NCBI GenBank assembly: GCA_038087875.1
Contig: CM075987.1
Location: 26,662,001 to 26,726,000 of the forward strand
Direction of reading: 5' to 3'
Length of the DNA stretch: 64,000 nucleotides
Origin: Malacoraja senta
Taxonomy: Eukaryota
The notes under the pieces were generated by a model. It was not told the origin of the DNA. It saw only the letters and a list, made by a program, of their open reading frames with translations, and searched no databases. Made by a program: the position numbers and the translations under genes. Positions 37,556 to 49,789 of this stretch are shown in pieces; within the stretch, counting starts at the first letter, position 1, and every line of letters begins with the position of its first letter.

Positions 37556-38747
37556 TAATACTTATTACTTTGATCGACACAAAAGATAAAACATGACATA
37601 ATTAATTATAAAAAACATTGTCAAGAGATAAAAGGCAATAGGTGACCCAGTGCTTTCTTCAAAGACGTTAGTTATTACGATGAACAATTCCTCACGGTGT
37701 TCTTCACGGTGAAATGAATGATGCACAACACGGATAATGGAATTAAATTGCCACAGAGTGATACAGCATGGAGACAGGCCCTTCAGCCCAACTTGCCCAC
37801 TCTGGCCAACATGTCCCAGCTACAAGGAAGACACTAAATGCTGGAGTAACTCAGCGGGTGAGGCAGCGTCACTGGAGGGGAAGAATCGGCGACGTTTCGG
37901 GTCAAGACACTTCCTCACACAGTTGATTTAAGCATGAGTTGCTGTGAGATTTAATGGGCATTATTGGCTATTACTTCCAACTTGCAGGTGGTGTACATTT
38001 GATTCGCAGTCTGATGAAGGGTTTCGGCCCGAAACGTTGATTATGTAAAGCACTTTGGCCAACGAGAGTTGTTTTTTAAATGTGCTATATAAATAAATGT
38101 GACTTGACTTGACTTGACTATTTCCTTCGCTCCATAGATGCTGCTGCACCCGCTGAGTTTCTCCAGCACTTTTGTCTACCTTCGATTTTCCAGCATCTGC
38201 AGTTCCTTCTTAAACACAGTGTCCATTTGATTCCATTGATAAAGCAAACAGCTTTTGAAAGGGCTCCAAACTTGTTGAAAATGAAAAGGTTAATCATGAT
38301 GTGCCAAACATGCGTTTAATGTACAATGAGGTCATAAAGCTTTGTTGAGTCACGGAACTATCAAAACATATCAGAAAAGTGACTTTATTGTGATGAAATA
38401 ATCCCTTTGAGTTCAAATATTCACAATCAGGACACATTCATACACTTTGAACCCGTTGATCAATAAATTTGAACACAATCTGTAATGAAACGACAATTTC
38501 ATTTCATCATCGGTGTTCAGTTCAGGCTTTAGAGGTACAGTGCGGGAAACAGGCCCTTCGGCCCACTGAGTCCGGGTTGACCAGTGATCCCCGCACATTA
38601 ACACCATCCTACACATACTAGGAACGATTTACAATTTTTTCCAAAGCCAATTAACCTACAAAAGTGCTTCTTTGGAGTGTGGGAGGAAACCGGAGCTCCC
38701 GGAGATAACCCACGCAGGTCACGGGGAACACATGCAAACTCAATACA

Positions 38748-38967
38748 GATGTTTAAGAAAGAACTGCAGATGCTGGAAAAATCGAAGGTAGACAAAAATG
38801 CTGGAGAAACTCAGCGGGTGAGGCAGCATCTATGGAGCGAAGGAATAGGTGACGTTTCGGGTCAAGACCCTTCTTCAGAGTGAAGAAGGGTCTCGAGCCG
38901 AAATGTCACCTATTCCTTCGCTTCATAGATGCTGCCTCACCCACTGAGTTTCTCCAGCATTTTTGTC
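38748..38967. mobile_element. Foldback pLTR mini-element inserted into a minus-strand HE1 SINE (38520-39055)
   Basis: Two hammerhead-like cores back to back around ~38880; flanks caaactcaataca / caaactccgtaca. Confidence 0.8.
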
Positions 38968-41832
38968 AAACTCCGTACAAGACAGCACCCGTGGGCCGGA
39001 TGGAACCCAGTTCCCTGGCGCTGTAAGGCAGCAACTCTACCGCTGCACCACCATTCAAAAATCATTGTAGCTTTGAATATCTGAACTGTTGGTGTCTCTG
39101 AAGATAATATGCTATTTTAAGTTATGACCTTAAGGAAATTGGGGAACATAGGGTTACTGTATGAGGTTGGCACTGAGATGGAAGGTCAACTGTGAATGGA
39201 GGAGTTGAAGAATTGCCCATCTCATCTTATGTTACAGAGTCATAGTAAAATAGAGACTTAGGGTCAAGGATCATGGAGTCAGGAGTCATGGGGTCATGGA
39301 ATCATGGGGTTATACAGCATGGAAACATGCCCTTCAGCCCAGCTAGCCCACCCAGACCAAGATGCCCCATCTACATTAGTCCCACCTGCCTGCATTTGGC
39401 TTATATCCCTCTGTACATTTCCATCCATGTACCTATCCAAATGCCTTAAAAATGCTGTTATAGTACCTACCTCTCAACCTTCTCTGGCAGCTCGTTCCAA
39501 ATATTCTACACTCTCTGTGTGGAAAAGTTGCCCCTAGGGTTTACTATTAAATCTTTCCAATCTCAGCTTGGATATTATGGACTGAAGGGCCTCATACCAT
39601 GCAGTATGACTCGACAACTCTTAGACCATAAGGTAGAGGAGCAGAATTTGGCCATTCTGCCCATCGAGTCTATTCCGCCATTCAATCATGGCCGATTTAT
39701 TTTTCCCTCTCGACCCCATTCGCCCCCCCAAAACCATTGACGCCCTTACTACTGAAGAACCTATCGATCTCCACTTGAAAAATACCCAATGACTTGGTCT
39801 CCACTGCCATCTGCGGCAATGGACTCCACAGATTCACCACCCTCTGGCTGAAGAAATGATGGAATGAGTTCTTTACATATGTCCTCCATTATCTTTTGAT
39901 TTTATGGGCAGATGGATTTGAAAAAGCTCAGAGAACAAGGTATTGAAATAACGCTGAAGAAAGTATTGGGGAGATTGTGAAGAGCATCTGAAGACCGACC
40001 TATATTGACAGAATGTGAAAGTAAATGACAGATTCAATTTACTACTGAGAATGTTGTGCTACTCACCAGTGTAAAGTCATAGCTTTTTTTGGAGAAGAAC
40101 AAGAACAAAACATCCATTGGAAAGATGCTGAACTGTGTAGAACAAAGGACAGACCTCAGGTAAAGCGAAAACGATTCTCAAACTGTGCAGGCATATGGAT
40201 AAGCCTATAAGTACCTTCTGGATTTAACAAATAGATTAAAGAATTGATAACAGATTTGTACTGTGAAAAGATAGACACAAAATGCTGAAGTAACTCAGCG
40301 GGTCAGGCAGCGTCTCTGGAGAAAATGGATCAATGATGTTTTGGGTTGGGACTTAAAGATAGCGGAGTCAGGGGATATGGGGAGAAGGCAGGAACGGGGT
40401 ACTAATTGGGGATGATCAGCCATGATCACATTGAATGGCAGTGCTGGCTAGAAGGGCCGAATGGCCTACTCTTGCACCTATTGTCTGTTGACTCGTCTTC
40501 AGAATTCCTTCTAAATCTTAAATCTATGTCCATGAGTATTAACATCTCTGCTCAAGGAAAACCTTTCTTACTGTTTAACCTTTTTTATGCCCCTCATTCC
40601 TTGGTATAATTCAGTCATCTCCTAGTCAGCTTCCAAGAGAAACAATCCCAGCCTATCCAGACCCTCCCATAACTGAATCACTTTCCCTACCAACCACCCA
40701 GTGGAAATTATTTGCATCCTCTCCATAGCAATCAAGTCCAAACCATTCTTTTATTTGGAAGATAGAAACATAGAAAATAGGTGCAGGCGTCGGCCATTCG
40801 GCCCTTCGAGCCAGCACAGCCATTCAATATGATCCTGGCTGATCATCCAGAATCAGTACCCCGTTCCTGCTTTCTCCCCATATCCCTTGATTCCGTTAGC
40901 CCTAAGAGCTATTCTGCGGGAAGGGTTAACTATTGATTTTTATCATGCAGAATTTTAGCATTTTGAGGACTAATTCACATTGACTCAGTGTGGCTTTTGA
41001 TTGCTCTGTTCATTCAGTAGCTCAGCTCTGATGTGATGATCAGAGCTTTATCTAACTAGATGGACACAAAGTGCCGGAGTAACTCAACAGGCCAGGCGTC
41101 ATCTCTGGGGAAAAGAAATTGGTGACGTTTTGGATCAGTATTTTGAGTCTGAAGAATGGTTTCGACCCGAAACATCACTTATCCATTTTCTCCAGACACA
41201 CTACCTGATACACTTCCTTGGTATAAACCAACATTGGCAGATTTTTTATTTTTTTATTACACTGTGATGTGAATAGTCAGGACACAGTTCAGGATGTCTC
41301 AGTTCGGCTCTGCACGTCTCTTCCATCAGCATAACCTTTCCATTGTGTTTATTGTCTTGTGTATGTATGTATGTATGTATGTATGTAGTCGATTATACAA
41401 CCATGCTGTTTTCAGTTTTCTGTTTCTTGAGAGTAACCGCAGGCCCACACATTTCTGCTGCAGTGCTAATGTTGCTGGCTCTCCCACTCACGACTACTCC
41501 ACTCCTGTGGCTGGTCACCTTGGTGTTCCTAGTAACGTGCCACATGCAACACTCACCTTGATCTGATCAATCAAGGCTTCAAAGGGAACCTTCACGGTTG
41601 TCAAAATAATCTTTCAGAACAGCTTACCGTGAACAAAGCTTTCTTGCAGCTGACAAGGCGGGTGCTTAGATATTCCACTGTCACGCTCTCCCGCCCATCA
41701 TTTGTCAACCTGACTTTGTTTTGCACCTTAAGGGGACTTCCAGGAAATCGGAAGCGTGGGAACAGGTCTTTCTGCCCAGCGATCGCCCGTACACATAGTT
41801 CTAACGCTGTTCAGTCCCGATACCCAACTCGT

Positions 41833-42122
41833 TTAAGAATAAGGGGTCGGCCATTTAGGACTGAGATGAGGAAAGACTTTCTCATCCAGAGAGTTGTGAA
41901 TCTGTGGAATTCTCTGCCACAGAAGGCAGTGGAGGCCAATTCACTGGATGTTTTCAAGAGAGAGTTAGATTTAGCTCTTAGGGCTAACGGAATCAAGGGG
42001 AGAAAGCAGGAAGGGGGTACTGATTTTGGATGATCAGCCATGATCATATTGATTGGCGGTGCTGGCTCGAAGGGCCGAGTGGCCTACTCCTGCACCTATT
42101 TTCCATGTTTCCATGTTTCTAT
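41833..42122 (+). mobile_element. CR1 LINE 3' end
   Basis: LRIRGRPFRTEMRKDFLIQRVVNLWNSLPQKAVEA. Confidence 0.88.
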
Positions 42123-42180
42123 GTACACTAGTTCTATCCTACACACTAGGGACAACGTAGAGGAAATGTATAGAAAAAGT

Positions 42181-42487
42181 CAGCATGGTGGCGCAGCGGT
42201 AGAGTTGCTGCTTTATAGCGCCACAGACCCAGGTTCGATCCTGACTATGGGTGCTGTCTGTACGGTGTTTGTACGTTCTCCCCGTGACCCGCGTGGGTTT
42301 TCTCCAAACTCTTCGGCTTCCTCCCACACTCCAAAGACGTGCAGGTTTGTACATTAATTGGCTTGGTGTAAATGGATAAGTGTCCTTAGTGTGTGCAGGA
42401 TAGTGTTAATGTGCGGGGATCGCTGGTCGAAGCGGACTCTGCAGGCTGAAGGGCCAGTTTCTGCTCTGTATCTCTAAACTAAACTAA
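42181..42487 (+). mobile_element. HE1/V-SINE, full length
   Basis: Consensus head, V domain and tail. Confidence 0.88.
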
Positions 42488-43077
42488 GTCTTGCAGCACA
42501 GAAACAGGCCTCTCTGCCCACGATGAGCATTGTAATTATCGACTGTATAGCCAATCTCGTTTATAACTGAAATGCTCCAATCCATATAACACCGTGGCAA
42601 ATTTACAATACAATACAATACCGTTTATTGTCATTTGAACCTCAAATGAAGTTCAAACGAAATTTGGTTTCTGCAGTCATACAACAATAAAAACCAAAAC
42701 ACAAAATTAACACAATTTACACAAACATCCATCACAGTGAATCTCCTCCTCACTGTAATGGAAGGCATTTCCTCTGCACTCACTCCAGCACAATCACATC
42801 CTTCCTATAGTGTGGTAACTGGAACACTGAAGGTACAAAGGTGGCCATACAGCCCCAGATAACTGGGTTCGATCCTGACTACGGGTGATGTCTGTACGGA
42901 GTTTGTATCTTCACCCTGGGACCGCGTGGGTTTTCTCCTGGTGCTCCTGACCGGAAACGTCCCCTATCCATGTTCCCCAGGGATTCTGCCTGACCCACTG
43001 AGTTGCTCCAGCATATTGCGTCTTTCCTTTTTAAACCAGCGCCTGCAGTTCCTTGTTTCTACATAAGCAGATAGTTG

Positions 43078-43748
43078 TTCTTCTTGCGAATGAAACCTAA
43101 ACCATAGGAATAGTTAGATCTCAAGCCGGGTGTCGAGCAGCCAGGTTGTTGTCTCTGTTGGCGTCAATGTCTGCCAGGCCCTGACACAGCTCCATTTGGT
43201 GGGTGGTAGAGCGGGCACCCAGAGATGACATGGTTGGCTGTCTGTTGTTCTGCTCCGCATTCACAGGCTGGGTTCTGGCGGAGGGAGCCCCCATCTCCAC
43301 ACGCTGGCATTGAAACGCCCAACTCCAGTACCAAGTCTGTTGAGCTTCACCCACGCTCCTCTGGGGAGGTCAGACCCTGGACAGCTTTTAACTGGTGAAT
43401 AGATGTAGCTGTGTAATGGAGATGAGGTTGCCTTCCACTCCTGTGACCACTTGGTGGCTATCCAGTGTGCTTTTGTCTCAGTGGATGGATGGATGCTAGG
43501 AGTTGTTTTCCATGTGAAGCAAAGGGGCGATGGGACTTCAGTCGGGGTGGCCTCTGCTCTCCGCTGATAGCCCGATGGAGGAGGTGATCTGGGTCCATGG
43601 CACGACGAGACAGTGCCAGAGTTGCTGCTTGCCTTCGGATCCCTGCAGGCGGAATGCCTACAAGTATAGGGAGCTGCTCGACTGGAGTAGGTTGAAGCTG
43701 CTTGACTGGAGATGGTTCACAAGGTGCTGCTCAGGCTAGATAGATAGT
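43078..43748 (-). mobile_element. Ingi/Vingi-like (I-group) LINE 3' fragment
   Basis: Minus-strand translation with frameshifts: QPTPVEQLPILVGIPPAGIRRQAATLALSRRAMDPDHLLH...RLKSHRPF...WVKLNRLGTGVGRF...WRWG...PACECGAEQQTANHVISGCP...WLLDTRLEI*; tail cattcgcaagaagaa; flanks agatagttgttctt / agatagtagttctt. Confidence 0.75.
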
Positions 43749-45056
43749 AGATAGTAGTTCTTTGAGGTTGGAAGTTGATGTACATCCGGTTTCCTCCCTC
43801 ATTCCCTCAGGTTTGTTGGTCAACCGTCTTCTGTTAACTGTCCCACGTGTGTAGGATGGAGCTAGTGTATGGCAATCGTTGGTCGGTGTGGACTCAGTGG
43901 GCACGCTGTATCTCTACACTAACCTGGACTAAACACAATCGAACTGCTCTCTGGGTGCAGACATTCTGGATTGTTTAACAAGTGTATTTTCTTTAAAGTT
44001 ATGAAAATATTCGTGTCGGTCAAACTGAAAAATGAAACTAGACAGTTCCACCATCCCCTTAAAGTGCAAGTGCATAAAAGTTGATTCGATTTTACTTAAA
44101 TCTTATGCAATTTCAATAATAAATGAAAAAAGATGACTTGGGTTTAAGGTGAGCGGGGAAAGATTTAATAGGAATCTGAAGGGCAACTTTTTCACACAAA
44201 GGGTGGTTGGTATTTGTCGCAAGCTGCCGTAGTAGGTACTTGAGGCAGGTACCATCACAAGGTACCATCACACTGTTTAAAACACATTTGGACAGGTTCA
44301 GGGAAAGGATAGGTTTAAAGGGATATGGGCTAAAGCAGGCAGGTGGGACTGGTGTCGATGGTCGACTGCTATAGGAATGCTGAGTTACATCAGTGGGACA
44401 GGCAGCATCTCTCGATAGAAGAATGGGTGACGTTTTGTAGAATAGACTCGAAACGTCACCATTCCTTCTATCCAGAGATGCTGCTGATCCCGCTGAGTTA
44501 CTCCAGCATTTTGTGTCCATCTTCGGTTTAAACCAGCATCTGCAGTTCCTTCCAACAACACTCTAGGATTGTAGAGATGACGGTGATAGAGATGGCCAAG
44601 GGCGAGGATAGGGATTTTTATGATCAATTGTGCTGGTGGACGATAGGTCAATGGACCATAAATGGGATCACGTGCCCAAGTTCCATCACAGGCAGATGAT
44701 ATCATTGTACAGCCAGATGAGATCAGTGTAACTAGGCATGATGTTTGGCACAAATATTGTGGGCTGAAGGGTTCATTCTGGGCTGTACTGTTCGATGTTC
44801 TAATAACAGTTAGATAGAGCTCTAAAGGCTGGTGGAATCAAGGGATATGGGGAGAAGGCAGGCACGGGTTATTGATTGGGGACGATCAGCCATGATCACA
44901 ATGAATGGCGGTGCTGGCTCGAAGGGCTGAATGGCCTCCTCCTGCACCTATTTTCTATGTTTCTATGTTTCTAACATTGCACTTCTCATAAACCTCATAC
45001 TCTTTGCCAATATCCAGTCCCTCAAATTAAGTCAGTGACAATTTGGAAGTGGAACA

Positions 45057-45662
45057 GCGATCGTTTCGCTGAACACCTTCGCTCAGTCCATCGTGGCCTA
45101 TATGATCTCCCGGTTGCCAAACACTCCCGGTTGCCCCCCCCCCCCTCCTCCTCCCATTCCCACACTGACCTTTCTGTCCTGGGCCTCCTCCACTGTCAGA
45201 GTGAGGCCCAGCGCAAATTCTAGGAACGGCACCTCATATTTCGCCTGGGCAGCTTACACCCCAGCGGTATGAATATTGATTTCCCAAACTTCAAATAACC
45301 CTTGCATCCCCCCTCTCTCTCCCCCACCCTCGCCATTGTACTAGTGTCGCTGTCATCCCTTTGAGTTTCATTGCCTGCATAACTCGTTTTCACCTAGCCC
45401 GCAGCTAACATTGGCCTGCTTCGTTTATCATTGTTACTTTTTTGCATACCTTTTTATTCATTTGCTCTACATCCCCGTCTATATTGCTCGTTTCACTCCC
45501 CCTCCCCCCCCCCCCCCCCCCCCGACTCTCGGTCTGAAGAAGGGTCTCGACCCGAAACGTCACCGATTCCTTCTCCCCAGAGATGCTGCCTGTCCCGCTG
45601 AGTTACGCCAGCTTTTTGTGCCTATCTTCGGTTTAAACCAGCATCTGCGTTTTCCTCCCTAA
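45057..45662 (+). mobile_element. Penelope-like element 3' part (GIY-YIG remnant + pLTR)
   Basis: DRFAEHLRSV...DLPVAKH...HTDLSVLGLLHCQSEAQRK...HLIFRLGSLHPSGMNIDF. Confidence 0.85.
45529..45566 (+). ncRNA. Minimal type I hammerhead ribozyme motif in Penelope pLTR
   Basis: Stem I UCGGU/ACCGA, core CUGAAGA + extra A, stem II GGGUC/GACCC, GAAA, palindromic ACGU stem III, GUC cleavage triplet. Confidence 0.65.
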
Positions 45663-46134
45663 ACAGAGAATTTCCACAATGGTTCAGGAAACCCAGATGA
45701 AAGTTCCGTGGGGTCTGCACAGCGGCATTTAACTCTGCTGCTTATTATTATTTTGGTTCTGTACTTGCCGTCTAGTGCAGAGCTGTGGGTGCTGCGAGGA
45801 TTTGGGCGATGTGATCAGAAGTCCAATGCCTGATGTGCCCGCGATTGAAGATTGTATGTGGAAGAGCGAGTGCTCGATGCCAGCGAAAGCAAGCCGTAAC
45901 TACCTACAGCCGGCAGAACCTGAACAACAGTTCCATGACCCCCTCATTTACTATGCAGCCGAGGTGTTGCAGAGAAATTGTCTCCCGGCTAATGGGACGA
46001 AGAAAACAGTGCATTAGCAGAAAAGTTGCAGAGAGAGGTGACTGCAGAGGTCGGCGGAAGGAACATCACACCAGACTCATGGATTCCATGCAAGAGTTTT
46101 AATAACCTTGTCAAACTCAGGGAAGGTAGACACA

Positions 46135-46319
46135 CATGGCTGCCCGAGCCGGCTGCCGGACGCTTTTCCGGGGTTACGTCCGCACCCGCGTGGTACTAGA
46201 AAGGCACTACTCGCTGTCCACGGGCAACCTTGTACGATGGTGGTGGGTTCGGTTTTATTTTATTGTGTTGTAAATACTATTTTAATATTTGAATAAATAT
46301 CCTTGTTTTAAAAAAAAAA
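46135..46319 (+). mobile_element. Tx1-type (L1 clade) LINE 3' end
   Basis: LFRGYVRTRVVLERHYSLSTGNL C-terminal motif, AATAAA and poly(A). Confidence 0.65.
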
Positions 46320-46610
46320 GTAGACATGGTCAAACATTCATCACATCCCAGCTTTCCACATCACTCCATTATCTCCGACTTCATGATTATACTTGCTTGA
46401 TTAGTACGGGTGTCAGGGGTTATGGGGAGAAGGCAGGAGAATTGGGGTTAGGAGGGAGAGATAGATCAGCCATGATCGAATGGCGGAGTAGACTTGATGG
46501 GCCGAATGACCCAATTCTGCTCCTATTCCTTATGACCTTAGCCCTTCAAACATGACCCATCTCAAATCTATCTTGGTTTAAACCAGCACCTGCAGTTCCT
46601 TCCTACAGGA

Positions 46611-47552
46611 AGGAGGAGCCATGTTGGGGAACGGCTGCTAACCAGCAGCCGTCTGTTTAATTCACTTTTTTTTAAATAGTTTTTAGTGTGTTTAGTGTGT
46701 CCAGAATGGGGTGAATGGGGTAATTTTATTCTTAGTCCCTACCTGGTCGGTGAGGCAGCTTTTTCTCCGGGCTGCCTCGTCGACCCGTCCTCGTGGCCTA
46801 CCAGCGGGCATGGAGCGCCGTTTCCTGACGGGGACCGCCCAGCACCTTCAGCTTCGGTGGCGGCACAGCGCTGGAGCGCTATCGGAGAGCGTAGCGGGCG
46901 ATGCCTTGCCTGGGTCGCCGCGCTGGATCGACACGCTGGAGCTCCGGTATGCGGTGACCGCCGAGATCAACACCTCCGGGCTGCGGGTCTGCGGAGCGAC
47001 CAGCTGCGGGCGGCGGCGCCGACTTTAACATCGGGATCCTCGTGGCTCCAAATCGGCGCGGCCCTGTCGGCTTCAGGTGCCATCGACTCCGCTGGGAAAC
47101 CGGCCGTTCCAGCCGCTGCGAGGACTCTCCCGACGGCCAGGAACATCGGGCCTCCGTAGAGGCAACTGTGGCGGCCTCGATGGGCCTGACTCTGGGGAGA
47201 ACTGGGTTGGGGACTGGACATTGTGCCTTCCCCCACAGTGGTAACCATTGTGGGGGGATGATTTTGTGTGTAGTGTTAAGTGTCTGTGTTAGTCTGTGTT
47301 AGTCTATGTCCAACATGGCGGTCGGAAGGGAGAGTGTACGCTGGCGCGGTTTGGCTGCCGCTGCTCTCCCTTCATGTTGTGTTTTCTGAATTTTGTTGTT
47401 GTCTTTTTTGGATCAAATTTCTGTTTTTAATTTATGTATTGGTCTTTATGACTTATTTTACTGATTATATGTTTATATGTTTCTTAAATTGTAAGGTGTC
47501 CTAGAGACCCCGGTATTAGGCGCCCTTAAAATAAAATCTATTATTATTATTA
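46611..47552 (+). mobile_element. GC-rich non-coding element with L2-like 3' tail
   Basis: Ends gtaaggtgtcc...aggcgcccttaaaataaaatc(tat)n; no credible protein similarity. Confidence 0.5.
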
Positions 47553-47633
47553 CACTCGACCTGTCTCAACATCGTTTGTTCTTTGTACCTTTTCATAGCA
47601 CTAGTTTCCCACTCCCCTGGGTCTCAGTCTGAA

Positions 47634-48235
47634 AGGTCTGTCTCACGAATCTGCGGTCATTGGCGGCGAAACGGGAAGAATCTGCTGCCATAGACCGCGC
47701 ACTCGTGAGAAAGAACAATTCCCGGGCCGTGCGACGGTGTTCCCAACACCGCGCGGTGCAAAAATAAAATCGACAATGTCGAAAACCAAATACTCACCGC
47801 ACAACCTCCACCAGTGATGCACGTGTGCGCACGGCCGCTCGCACGGGCCGCCGCCAGTGTGGGTCGAGCGCCGTGCGTCAAACCTCCTCTGCCACAGCCT
47901 CCGCCAGTGACGCACGTGCCGCCGCCAGTGAGGCACGTGTGCTGCGCGGCCGCAGGCACAGCCACCACTACAGCGCCGCGATCAGGATGGCCGCCGCCAC
48001 AGCCGCCGCTGGTGAGTCACGTGCGGGGGGCCGACGTCATCGCAGTCGGCCCGCCCTTTTTTTACTTACCGCAAGCACGTGGGACCCGCCATGTTTGAAT
48101 TAACTCGGCCCCCGCGCAGCATGCGCGCGGCGCTCCGGTGGATAGGCTCGACGCTCTCGCCGTTGCCGCGCGGTCCTCGCTACCGGCGACGCCGCGCTTC
48201 ACCGCCGATGACCGCAAACAGGTAAGACACGGCCT
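47634..48235. mobile_element. CpG-rich MITE with ~40-bp imperfect TIRs (Harbinger-like)
   Basis: aggtctgtctcacgaatctgcggtcattggcggcgaa vs ttcaccgccgatgaccgcaaacaggtaagacacggcct; splits ctgaa|agggtctcgac of a pLTR. Confidence 0.7.
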
Positions 48236-48501
48236 TTAGGGTCTCGACTTCCCTTTAGCCTGTATCTGTACACTGTGGAAGGCTAAATTGTAATCATGTA
48301 TTGTCTTTCCGCTGGCTGGTTGGCACGCAACAAAAAGCTTTTCACTTTACCTCTGTACACGTGACAATAAACTAAAGCAAACTAGACCCGAAACGTCATC
48401 TATTCCTTCTCTCCAGAGATGCTGCCTGTCCCGCTGAGTTACTCCAGCATTTTGTGTCTATCTTCAGTGACCTATTCCTTTTCCACAGAGATGCTGCCTA
48501 A

Positions 48502-48841
48502 TGGGCCTGTCCCACTTACGCAACTTTTTCGGCGACTTCTGGCACCCGTCATAGGTCGTTGCAGGTGGCCGAAAATGTTCAACATGTTGAAAATCCAGCG
48601 GCGATCAGGACAAGGTACGACTCTTTGGGTGACCGCTCACGACCGTACAGGCTTCACCCCACGACATGTCAACAGGGTATCGCCTGTATGGTCGTGAGTC
48701 GTCTCCTAGTCGTCCAAAGAGTCGTAGCGTCTTTCTGGTCACCGCTGGATTTTCAACATGTTGAACATTTTCGTCGACCTGCAACGACCTATGACGGGTG
48801 CCGGAAGTCGCCGAAAAAGTCGCGTACGTGGGACGGGCCCG
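48502..48841. mobile_element. Palindromic PIF/Harbinger-like MITE
   Basis: TIR tgggcctgtcccac / gtgggacgggcccg extending ~100 bp; TAA TSD at 48499-48501 and 48842-48844, inside a pLTR. Confidence 0.9.
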
Positions 48842-49289
48842 TAACCCGCTGAGTTACTCCAGCATTGTGTGCCCATTCTTTCCGATATTGGAGGAGTAGC
48901 TAGAACAATGTTTGGCGACAATGCTTCGAGAGATTTATTAACTGGAATAATGCGGACAGGTTTGGCGCTGGTATCTTTGTGGAGATAGAACCACCCGCTG
49001 ACACATCCAAGTATATGTTGTACCACATTTAGTCATGCAGACTTGATTTAAACCACGAGGATGTCAATGAAATATAATTCAGTGGTTGAGAAATAAAATC
49101 TATTGCACTTGCGTTTGATCTTAACAAATGGTGCCCACAAATTTCCTTTAATGTCTGTCCCACAGTCTACACTTTCTAACATCATTTGCTGTCAGTGTCC
49201 TTTTCAAAAGAGATTCAGAGCATCCTAGGCTTTAGTGTTGCAAGCTGGCAATACAGCAGACAACATTAATATTCACCTCAGCCAGCAAA

Positions 49290-49392
49290 GGTAGACAAAA
49301 GTGCTGGAGAAACTCAGCAGCATCTATGGAGCGAAGGAAAAAGGCAACGTTTCGGCCCAACGTTTTCCAGCATCTGCAGTTCTTTCTTAAAT
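49290..49392. mobile_element. Deleted foldback pLTR mini-element
   Basis: 15-bp TSD acctcagccagcaaa on both sides. Confidence 0.75.
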
Positions 49393-49489
49393 ACCTCAGC
49401 CAGCAAATCAGGAAGAAAAAACTGCTTTCCAATTGATTAGTTAACAACATCTAAAGTGGAACATATGCGTCTTGTTTGTAAAACGGTAA

Positions 49490-49789
49490 ACGGCCTGTTA
49501 ATGTTTTACCGAGTTACTCACGAATTCTCCCGCGTTTTCCCCTCGATTCAAACTCGGAGAATGTCCGTAGCGAGTCCATAGGAGACCGTAGATATATCGT
49601 AGCGGCTCGTAATGCCAGCCGTAAGTACTTGGGGCATCAGGTAAGTCGGGACGTTTTTTTCCAGCATGACAAAAAAGTCCACGAGTAAAAAGATAGTCGG
49701 GAGGAGTTCGTAGATCACAAAAATCGAGATCCTTTTTTTATAAGGTCCTTTCAACTCGGCAGAGGACTCGGGAAAGTGGGACAGGCCCT
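49490..49789. mobile_element. PIF/Harbinger-like MITE (left end damaged)
   Basis: Right TIR agtgggacaggccct followed by tta; interior related to the 19302/21356 family. Confidence 0.75.

Noticed and set aside
41557..41710. Minus-strand mini-exon candidates (IILTTVKVPFEALIDQIK; LTNDGRESVTVEYL)
   Set aside because: Donors are good but acceptors lack pyrimidine tracts; no homology recognised.
46686..48103. GC-rich ORFs on both strands
   Set aside because: Stop-poor composition within repeats; no recognisable domain.
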